Source: Antedon mediterranea
Lineage: Eukaryota > Animalia > Echinodermata
Length of the DNA: 64,000 nt
Direction of reading: 5' to 3'
NCBI RefSeq assembly: GCF_964355755.1
Contig: NC_092673.1
Coordinates: 17,419,648 to 17,483,647, forward strand
Below the pieces are notes generated by a model, which saw nothing but the letters and a program-made list of their open reading frames with translations, ran no database searches and was not told the DNA's origin. The position numbers and the translations under genes were made by a program. Below, piece by piece: positions 13,799-25,700 of this stretch. Numbering within the stretch: position 1 is the stretch's first letter; each line of letters begins with the position of its first letter.

Positions 13799-16700
13799 AT
13801 GGAAAGGTACGTTTGTTTTTTATTTCAAATCCAACAAAAATAACCAGCTCCAATATGTAAATGTTAAAAACAAATTAAAATGTTTGAATAGTTAGCAATA
13901 CTTTAAAACTTTCTTAAAAGATTATGAAATTATAAATATTACAAATAAAGGGCTCATTCTCATCAAATATAATGATGATATTGATTATTTCCATCAATCA
14001 TCATTTTCATAAAATAGTGTAATAAATCATTATTTCTTACATTTTAACAGGAACAAATTAGAAAAAGCTTTGTTGTACAGGGGTGATTTGCAAACAATTA
14101 AACAAATTTGTAAGACGCAACCAGATCTTGTGAAATCTATCAATGAGGTATAATATTATCAAAGAAGAAATTTAATTAAAGTTTAAAATTATAGAGATTG
14201 TAATTTTCTTTATTATTTATTATAACATTTTTTTATATAATGAATTACAATTATTTTTCAATATCACACTAATGATGTTGGTAAGACCTGCATGCACTGA
14301 TTAACCACATTAGGCTAAAAATAATAATATAAATACACACTGATGATGGGGATAACCTGCATGTACTGATTAACCACATTAGGCTAAAAATAATAATATA
14401 AATACACACTGATGATGGAGGTATAACCTGCATGTACTGATTAACCACATTAGGCTAAAAATAATAATATAAATACACACTGATGATGTTGGTATAACCT
14501 GCATGTACTGATTAACCACATTAGGCTATAAATAATAATATAAATACACACTGATGATAGGGGTATAACCTGCATGCACTGATTAACCACATTAGGCTAA
14601 AAATAATAATATAAATACACACTGATGATGGAGGTATAACCTGCATGTACTGATTAACCACTTTAGGCTAAAAATAATAATATAAATACACACTGATGAT
14701 GGGGGTATAACCTGCATGTACTGATTAACAACATTAGGCTAAAAATAATAATATAGATACACACTGATGATGGGGGTATAACCTGCATGTACTGATTAAC
14801 AACATTAGGCTAAAAATAATAATATAAACACACACTGATGATGGGGGTATAACCTGCATGTACTGATTAACAACATTAGGCTAAAAATAATAATATAAAT
14901 ACACACTGATGATGGAGGTATAACCTGCATATACTGATTAACCACATTAGGCTAAAAATAATAATATAAATACACACTGATGATGGAGGTATAACCTGCA
15001 TGCACTGATTAACAACATTAGGCTAAAAATAATAATATAAATACACACTGATGATGGGGGTATAACCTGCATGCACTGATTAACCACATTAGGCAAAAAT
15101 AATAATATAAATACACACTGATGGGTATGGCAAGCCTCAGCTGTCTGGAGTATTCAAAATATTATATTATTATATCAGAGGTCCCAAATTGGGAAAGTCC
15201 ATTCGCAGGAGATTTTGTCGTGAACCACATTCAATTCGTCGGGGCGTCGAAAGTCAACGCGCAGGGAATCGAAAATCAACACGCGTGTCGTTTACGTCTC
15301 TTAATTAATTAACTAAATATGTTACATATACAGTATATACAATATTTACACATAAGTTTGCTTAATTTTTACATAGGTTTATCCATCAGTATTTTTACAT
15401 TCTTATTTTTTTTATGGACACATCCTCAGTACAAAGAATTAAAAAAATATATACTGTATTTTAACTAAAATTCAGTATATAAAATAATTTAACTTAATTA
15501 CATAGGCACAGGCCTAGCCTAGGGCTTCTACTAGGCCCTAGCTAGCTACCATTTTAACCCCCCCCCCCCAAAAAAAAAATAATAATAAGAAATAACTATT
15601 CCGAATCCGTCTTATGCTACATTACGCGAGTTAACATATTATTTCAGATGAAAAACATTGAGTTTTATATTGTTTTATCCATACGTAATTACACTGGCAT
15701 TAAAGATATAACATTAAAATGTAGGCCGTTTATGAGCTATTTCGCCGATTTCTTATCGCTGGGAAATTCCCCACCATCGACATCGATCGAGGAGTAGGCC
15801 TAGGCTAGAATAGAGGCCTAGCGTGCATGCCGGAACGGGTGGATTATTGCTATATAAATAACAAGTTTGAACAAAAGAGCTTACAACAATCTTAGGTAAA
15901 TTTTTATTAAACGTAGGCCTACTTGCTTGGCGAATCCATATGCTCGTATTATCGGATCGTACAGTAAAACCAAATAAAACACCGCCTCAACAACCTCGTG
16001 CGATGTGCGATCTGTTGTTCTTTGCAGCGGATCAACATTGGTAGAGTCCATTAATTATGAGGGTGTTTAAAAATGTAATAACTATTAAAAACGTGTCTCA
16101 ATCACTGTGTAATCAAAGCGTTTATTTAGTTAAAACTTGGATCCTCCCAAAATTGATAATCGCGTATTCCGGTGACCACGTGATTGATTCACGGTTGGTT
16201 GCACGCTCTTTTTTTTCTACGTCCGGCGTGTAGTAACCGTGCATGTTTATATTATTGTTACGGTTTAACAAAGGCAGTGCATACAAATAAAAATACAATA
16301 ATAGACCACAGAGACTGCATGAATAGACATTGTTTCAACATCCTGCCTCACTTTTGTCTAGTTATTTATTGATTATTGTTGACCTGGGCTGAGCCTGGGT
16401 GTAACCGTAAATCAATTTGGCCAAAAATATGGGGAAATTTGAAAATGCGGTAAAAAAAATCAAAATGCGGTAGAAAACGTTGAGATAGCGGTAGCGCGGT
16501 AGATGGGTTCTAAAAGCGGTAGACTACCGCGAGTAGCGGTAGACTTGGGACCCCTGTTTTCACGCTACATCACAAGAGAGGACTCAATCAGATATAAAGC
16601 AAGCAGCAATTTTAGGACTATAGTTTATAGGTCCCAGCTGCTGGACCCAAAAAACATCTGGGAAAAGTGTCTATGAGGGTTCACGGTTGAACGATTTTGG

Positions 16701-19700
16701 ATTCTTGCCCTTTGATTGGTTGACTTCAATGCAAATGGTTTAACCTAAATTTGTTATCGTATCTAGTTTAACTTAATTATGATATTAGTTTCATTGGGTG
16801 TTAAAAATCAGTACCAAAAGTATGTACCAACTTTCTCTACCATTGAGTAAATATTCTAGAAGTTGCACTTAATTTACTGAAATTTCTCATTACGCAAATT
16901 TATATATAAATTCATTAAACTGCTTATTGGCCTCATATTTTTAATATCTGAACATTTGTTTGTACAATTTTATGAAAGTATTTTTTCTCATTACGCAAAT
17001 TTATATATTAATTAAGTAATAGGCTAACAAATCTCTAGATCTGATCCATGGTAAGATAATCTATTAAACCCAATTTCACATAATGTCTGTTGTCGGTATT
17101 ATACACCAGCAAATTTGCAAAAGAAGGTAATGTACAGGGATTTGCTAGTGTAATAGGCTAACATTATATAGATATGCTGTGGTAAACCATTCTATTTTGT
17201 TCTACTCATTTATTAATAATGATAATTATGATTATTTATCACAATATTTAGTAGCAATTGTTGTTGTTTGTATTGAAAAAAAAAACAAACAATTTTACAT
17301 AATGTCTGTTGTCAGTATTTATAAACTTTATTATGATTCCTTTCCAGAATGGTGACACTCCATTACATTCATATCTGGGGAGCGGATATAGATCTACCTT
17401 AGAAATAGTGACTTGTCTCATTCAGCATGGGACACCAGTAGCATTGCAAAATAAGGTAATGTACAGGGATTTGCTAGTGTAATAGGCTAACATTATATAG
17501 ATATGCTGTGGTAAACCATTCTATTTTGTTCTACTCATTTATTAATAATGATAATTATGATTATTTACCACAATATTTAGCAGCAATTGTTGTTGTTTGT
17601 ATTGACAAAAAACAAACAATTTCACATAATGTCTGTTGTCAGTATTTATAAACTTTATTATGATTCCTTTCCAGGATGGTGACACTCCATTACATTCATA
17701 TCTGTGGAGTAGTATGTATCCACCTACCTTAGAAATAGTGACGTGTCTCATTCAGCATGGGGCACCAGCAACATTGCAAAATAAGGTAATGTACAGGGAT
17801 TTGCTAGTGTAATAGGCTAACATTATATAGATATGCTGTGGTAAACCATTCTATTTTGTTCTACTCATTTATTAATAATGATAATTATGATTATTTACCA
17901 CAATATTTAGCAGCAATTGTTGTTGTTTGTATTGAAAAAAAAAACAAACAATTTCACATAATGTCTGTTGTCAGTATTTATAAACTTCATTGTGATTCCT
18001 TTCCAGTCTGGTGACACTCCATTACATTCATATCTGAGGAGTGGATGTACTGCACCTACCTTAGAAATAGTGACGTGTCTCATTCAGCATGGGGCACCAG
18101 TAGCATTGCAAAATGAGGTAATGTACAGGGATTTGCTAGTGTAGTAGGCTAACATTCTATAGCAGGCCTCGAATTTTACCGCGGCCAGTGCCGTCGGTGC
18201 CCTCCCAGTTGGCCTCAATGCCCTCGAAAATTAATAGCACCCACGGCCACTACTGGCCTGCCCTTTTTTTGCGTTGGCCGTGAGTGCCCTTCCCGAGTTT
18301 TACCACAATAAAAACCACTAAAGTAGATAGAAAATAATGTCAAGAATATCGGACGAGGCGCAAAACTATCGCCTGTCTTCGTTGCAAGGGGATTTCCCTA
18401 AACGCATTTAGAGAAAACATCGAACATATTTATATAACCAAAACAATATCGTCCCGGCCGCCGTGCGTGGTAAATAATGGTATAGATAGTACATTAAAAT
18501 ACAGGGGTGTACACTTTTAATAATAAAGCTAAAAACGTTCCTCGATCGGAGGTCACTGAAAGTATTAAAGTCGCACCACCCCCGCCTCAATAATCGAGCT
18601 AGCCGCCTTCGTTGAAAAAAAAATTACACGCACTCCTTGTCCTAGCCAGCCTATCCTCCCGCCGCCGATCCGATCAACAAACACACGCGATTCAATACAT
18701 TGGGAAAACAATTCCATTTGACGCACACGCACCCTCTGATAAGAAATTTCACACGACGTCGTCGTACGTGTGAGAGTACGAAGGATCGGTCGTTGGAAAA
18801 ACAATTCCTTTTGACGTACACGCACCCGCTGATATGAAAATACCATGTGCGTTCCTGCATGGTGTAGTCCATTCCATTATACGTGTAAAATTAGGGGTGT
18901 CAACTTTTAGTACTAAAGTTAAACCGGTACCTCAACCCGAAGATCGTTGGAAGTATATTGTATTTATATTTTATCGCACCCACCTCAATAATCCAGCCGA
19001 CAGATCATCGAAAAATCTTGTTTAACGACGTCGTACACTAAATTAACAAACGCGTTTTTACCGAACTCAAGGAAATGGTATAGTCCACAATACACGTGCA
19101 GAAGGCTAAACGAGAGAGAGGGGTTGGCGTCCGTCCGTCCGTGTTTTGAATTCTTATGAATATGGATTATACTAACAAAAAAGCTTCAGAAATCGAAACT
19201 CGGAAAATAACAATAATTTATATTCTACAACATAATGTCATTGGCTTGATTTTTACCGTGGTTAACACTCTGTGTATGAATAGTTGTAGTTAAGGCCTAC
19301 AAACAAATTGTTTTTGTAACCTGTGTTCTCCGTCCGCTACGCCTTTAGTGCTGCTAAGTGCTTGCTGTTGTTAGGGTCTTTACCCGTTGGGCCTGGCTTC
19401 ACATGCCTTTTTTTGATCGCATTGTTTGAAACTAAACGAAACAACTGTGAACGCTAAACATCGTACCTTAATAATTATTATTTATATGGATCGTAAATAC
19501 ACGTAATATTTATATGAAATACAAAAAGATGTAGACAGTCCTCTCCTACTACTACTACGCAATCTGATGAATAGGGGAAATACCCCCAAAAATGTTTGCG
19601 GGTAGAATTTTTTTTTTTGAAAAAAATTCCACCCGGGCGCTCAACCGGAAACAAGCTATTTTTAAATTTTGGCCTATTTATTAAAATATTTTTTAATTTT

Positions 19701-22700
19701 GGCCTTGGTGCCCCTTCGATTTAAAACAAATGGCCTTGGTGCCCTCCCATTTGGCCTTGGTGCCCCTCAAATCAATGAAAACCGGAGGCCAAATGGCCTT
19801 GCCCCTAAAATCCCCAAATTCGAGGCCTGCTATAGATATGCTGTGGTAAACCATTCTATTTTGTTCTACTCATTTATTAATAATGATAATTATGATTATT
19901 TACCACAATATTTAGCAGCAATTGTTGTTGTTTGTATTGACAAAAAACAAACAATTTCACATAATGTCTGTTGTCAGTATTTATAAACTTTATTGTGATT
20001 CCTTTCCAGAATGGTAACACTCCATTACATTCATATCTGGAGAGAAAATATCCACATACCTTAGCAATAGTGACTTGTCTCATTCAGCATGGGGCACCAG
20101 CAACATTGCAAAATAAGGTAATGTACAGGGATTTGCTAGTGTAATAGGCTAACATTCTATAGATATGATGTGGTAAACCATTCTATTTTGTTCTACTCAT
20201 TTATTAATAATGATAATTATGATTATTTACCACAATATTTAGTAGCAATTGTTGTTGTTTGTATTGACAAAAAACAAACAATTTCACATAATGTCTGTTG
20301 TCAGTATTTATAAACTTCATTATGATTCCTTTCCAGTATGGTGAAACTCTATTACATATATATCTGTGGGCTGGATATACTGCACCTACCTTAGAAATAG
20401 TGACGTGTCTCATTCAGCATGGGACACCATTAGCATTGCAAAATGAGGTAATGTACAGGGATTTGCTAGTGTAATAGGCAACATTCTATAGATATGCTGT
20501 GGTAAACCATTCTATTTTGTTCTACTCATTTATTAATAATGATAATTATGATTATTTACCACAATATTTAGTAGCAATTGTTGTTGTTTGTATTGTAAAA
20601 AAACAAACAATTTCACATAATGTCTGTTGTCAGTATTTATAAACTTCATTATGATTCCTTTCCAGTCTGGTGACACTCTATTACATTTATATCTGGGGAG
20701 TGGATATAGACCTACCTTAGAAATAGTGACTTGTCTCATTCAGCATGGGACACCATTAGCATTGCAAAATAAGGTATTGTACAGGGATTTGCTAGTGTAA
20801 TAGGCTAACATTGTATAGATATGCCGTGGTAAACCATTCTATTTTGTTCTACTCATTTATTAATAATGATAATTATGATTATTTACCACAATATTTAGCA
20901 GCAATTGTTGTTGTTTGTATTGACAAAAAAACAAACAATTTCACATAATGTCTGTTGTCAGTATTTATAAACTTCATTATGATTCCTTTCCAGGATGGTG
21001 ACACTCCATTACATTCATATCTGAGTAGTGTATATGCACCTACCTTAGAAATAGTGACGTGTCTCATTCAGCATGAGGCACCATTAGCATTGCAAAATAA
21101 GGTAATGTACAGGGATTTGCTAGTGTAATAGGCTAACATTGTATAGATATGATGTGGTAAACCATTCTATTTTGTTCTACTCATTTATTAATAATGATAA
21201 TTATGATTATTTACCACAATATTTAGCAGCAATTGTTGTTGTTTGTATTGACAAAAAACAAACAATTTTACATAATGTCTGTTGTCAGTATTTATAAACT
21301 CCATTTTGATTCCTTTCCAGAATGGTGACACTCTATTACATTCATATCTGAGGAGTGGATACCCTACCTTAGAAATAGTGACGTGTCTCATTCAGCATGG
21401 GACACCAGTAGCATTGCAAAGTAAGGTAATGTACAGGGATTTGCTAGTGTAATAGGCTAACATTCTATTCTATTTTGTTCTGGTTTACCACATTATTTAG
21501 CAGTAATTTTTACTGTATTGTCTCATATTATGGCATATCTGCAGCATTGCAAAATAGGGTAATGTAGGCTTACAAAGAATTGTCAGGACAATTTCACATT
21601 TTATTGTTATCAGTATTTATAAACTTCAACTTCAGTATCAATTAGCCTCCATATTAATCAATAGTATTACTACCTCAAAGAGTAGTATTATTTAATCAGA
21701 CTTACAGATATAGAATTCTCAAGTGTTTGATTTTTTTCACATTTTTCTCTTTTTACACATAGCACATTCTAACAAGTTTGTTTTGATTTAGATATTCATT
21801 TATAAGTCAACTATAATTGTAATGTGTTGTTGTTGTTTTAATATTTCATTTGTATCTGGATAGTATCCAAATATTATTTTCTTTGAAAGTTTATAGTAAA
21901 ACTATTTGTTGTTTTATATTATGGCTCAAACATTTTAACACATCTACCTACTGTTCCAAAGTAAACTTTTATTCAATTTATCTCTCTCTCTCTCTCTCTC
22001 CTCCATCTTTCAATGTTGAAGGCGGTAGACTATAAACAGCAGCACTCAAGTTTTGGTTTGGATACAGGAGTTATAGGTGGCGCACTGTACAAGTTGATGT
22101 CATTTATTAGCAAATAGTAATTTCTATTCACGTCCTAATTTACAACCAATGTTAAAAAATAGTAAATCTATGTGTTATCACATGATGCTCTTTCATCCAA
22201 TCTCTAGATGGTAAATGTTTGAGCCATGACATAATACTGTATGTATGTGATGCATAATTAAAGTGTGTTATATTGTATATCAATAATTTCTCAAAACTAC
22301 TAATAACTAAACCCATTTTTTTAATAGGATGGAAATACACCTGTCTCTCTTTTAGAAAGTAACAGGTGGATAAAGGAGCATAGTAAAACTGAAATTTTAA
22401 ACTTCTTAGAAGGTAAGTGAAGTTTTAATTATTGAAATTTTAGGATCAACTAGTTTCATTGCAAACGATAACAATTTGACTTCTTGTTCCAAGTGAAGAA
22501 GAATGTCCAGATAAAGAAAATTAACATTTATGATATATCATTCACAGGTTTATTATAGATTAAATAATTCAGTGGGATAGTAGTATACATGGAAGTTGTG
22601 ATATGTTGCAAGATGTAAATTATTTTGCTATTAATACGATAAAAATAACACAAAAACGCAAACTTTAAAATTCCTTTGAAATAAAAATATTAAATAAATC

Positions 22701-25700
22701 ATTTTTCAAATCAAATCAATCTCTTTATTCAATACATCAAAACAGTACACATAACAAAAATAAAGAGATTTTAATGATGATGATGATGATTTTAAGATGA
22801 AAGGGACCTTCAATAAACCTCAAGGGGCTTTTGATAGGAGGCTTTACTTTAAACTAGTTACAATAATCGGATGGGGGATATGCATTGTTAAGGAATATTT
22901 GAACTTTATTAATTGCACATAAATGTAAAATGTAGATTTTTTTTTTTTAATGTAATCTATTTTATATATAATGTACAATTGGTATTCGCATTCAAGGCAA
23001 ACAATTTACGATAGGAGAAGATAAATATTGAATATAAAATCTAATTTTCTTGTTAAATCCCAGTTTTTGTTTCCACAATGGATGAATTTCCTTCACACAT
23101 TTTAAATAATAATTCGTCTTCTTCGAGGAGCTGAATCACCGGATTTTCAGCGTACCAGGTTACTACCGTAAATGATGGCGCTTAATTAAAAGTTCTTAGT
23201 AGATATAGCTCTATAAATATTAGCCTTAAAAGTTATCCCCTTAATAGATATAGCTCTATTACCTATTAAGCACCTACTAATAAGTAGATTTTAGGTAGAA
23301 TTTAGATAGTTCCTAATAGGTTTTACCTCATTAGCATAATTCAAAACCCCCACTAATAGTGTTAGATAGTTTTTTCACTATTTTCAATCTGTGAGTAACA
23401 CAGTTGTATGCATCTATCTATTGTCTACTATAATAGCAATACCAAGGGCTACCAGCAACCTATTAATAGACATAAACAAACTGATAATAGCCAGTAACTG
23501 TTAATAAACTATCTATTTTATACAATAGATAGATATGGACTACCAGATAGCTATTAGAAATCTATGAGTATCATATCTATCTATCTACTGTCTACTTATT
23601 ATAGCTATACAAGACTACCAATGACCTATCAATAGACTATAAAGAAACTGATAATAGCCAGTTAGATATTAATCAACTATCTATTTTATAGCTGGGAAGT
23701 AGTCGTTCCATCGTTGACTCATTCAGTTAAAATCATTAGTAGTCGAGATAAAAAGGTCTACTAAAAAACTACTGAAAATAGAGCTATTTCTACTTAAGTC
23801 TACTTAAATTCTACTAATTTTTTTACTATGGGTAAAACCAATAGACAAATTCAAACTCCTCCTTCCCACATTCGCATTCGAGGAAAACAATTTACGATAG
23901 GAGGAGATAAATATTGAATATAAAAATAAAACATTTTCTTGTTAATTCCATTTTTTGTTTCCACAATGAATGAATTTTCTTCACACAATTTTAAGCCAGG
24001 TTAAGAATACTATTTTTCTGTATGTAAAATTAAGCATCATACATGTGTTATTCTAAACACCAAGTCCCACAAAGCATAACCAAGATCTACCAAGTGTATA
24101 AAGAACAGTGCCTTTATTGTAGGCCTTTAAAAATGCAATTCCAGGTCTATATTGGCAAAATTCAGCCCAAACCATGGTGGGCTCAAGTTCAAGTTATCTT
24201 TATTGTGTTTTCACACAGGAATAAAAACAAAATTGGTTACTGGTCATAAAACAGAATATAAATAAAAACATTTAAAAAGTTCAAGGCATATTAAAAACTT
24301 ACGATAGGTGGTCAATAATTCCTACTGCCAAATTCTGAATCATACCAGTTATTCATTTCAGGATTACTTTATTTTCACTTTACACAGTGAAACCATCCTA
24401 ATCAACCGTATGGTGCTAGAAATGATTTAGATTCAGGATCTCTGTCAAAAAATGTTGCATAACGCCTCTATGTTTGGATGAGTTTGAGTTCACACAATTT
24501 TTAGGACATAATTAATAACTGTAGTTGTTAACTGTATACATTTTAGTTTAAAAAAATACATTATTATTATAGTATATCCAGAATGAATGAGGTTTACCAT
24601 TTTCATGTATAGTCGATTGCTTGTACACAGTCACCCACAAGCTTTTATATAACCTTATACCATTGAAAAATTTTAAAGATACCATATGACAATTCAAGAG
24701 TTTTGCCAAGCTGTGACTTTTAATATAGTGTTTTTTTATGAAAATATGTAATATGTAATATTTTTGTTTGGGTATTTTTTTAGATTTACCAAGTACTGTT
24801 GATGAGCAATTTCAAACACAATTTCAGAAACCGACAAGTGACGAACAGAAAACAAAACTTCTTAAGCCAGAGAGTGGTGAGTTTAAGAATCATAAGAGCT
24901 GCTGTATGTTGTATGATTGTATCTATATATAATTTAACACAATTGTGATTAAAATGGGATTTCAGTAAGGAGAGAATTAGACGCTAATGTTATTTAAAAA
25001 AAGCATTATTTCTGAGCGGTACTGTAAAAAGGCGAAAAGTGTGCAACTAATAACAAATGGAGAGATTTTATTTATCATAAATAAAACAAACAGTTGATTG
25101 TTTCCATCCAAAATACTGTAATAATGGAATGGAGCTAGTTTGCAGATTTATGTGGCATGCTTGATTGATGATTTTTTTTTTTTTTACTTTATTTACTCCA
25201 GATGTTTTAAAAATCTATTAAAATCTTGATTCAATTTTCAGATATTCCATGTGATATTGCTGCTCGTGAATTAGAGTATCAGGAAGCGTACAAGGAAGCT
25301 TTGAAAGGAGGATCTGTCGCAGTCAATCTTGGAATGCTTAAGGTGATTGGACAGGGAGGAGTTGGTAAAACATGCCTCATAAATGCATGTCTTGGAAAGA
25401 TGTAAGTAGTTGGACAGTAAAATTGACATTACAAAATACATGTAGGTACTGCCTAATTATAACAATAATAGATAATAGAATTAAATTTTAACATTGTTTT
25501 GTAATTTTAAATGAAAGATCATTTTAATTGTTGACTAAATAACTGATTTAAAATGTGTATTTTATAAATAAAGACTATTGAAATAGTAACTACTGGTATC
25601 TATAATTAAAAAGAGAAAATTGAATTTTACGGCACTAAAAATGAATGACATTCATTTTTGGTTTCAAATTATTATATTATTATTATTATATTTATCTCAG

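Larger units (their letters stand above)
17070..21630 (+). repeat. Tandem exon-intron array, ~327-bp unit, 8 intact ankyrin exons plus broken units at both ends
   Basis: Introns of 218-221 nt are almost identical; constant acceptor attcctttccag and donor gtaatg (gtattg once). Confidence 0.97.

Noticed and set aside
17569-17613. RSS-like CACAATA-29 nt-ACAAAAAAC in the array introns
   Set aside because: The spacer fits neither 12 nor 23, the A-tract varies between units, and such matches arise easily in AT-rich DNA; revisit only if somatic rearrangement is shown
17542-21391. Family of minus-strand ORFs MRHVTISKVG...
   Set aside because: Antisense shadows of the ankyrin exons plus intron; broken by poly-A length changes in some units
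17348-21425. Diversity-generating retroelement mechanism
   Set aside because: No invariant template repeat, the variation includes in-frame indels, and the nearby RTs are ordinary LINE RTs
17130-21460. CRISPR-like constant repeat / variable spacer pattern
   Set aside because: Units are ~327 bp, the variable parts are in-frame codons within spliced ankyrin exons, the context is eukaryotic and there are no cas genes
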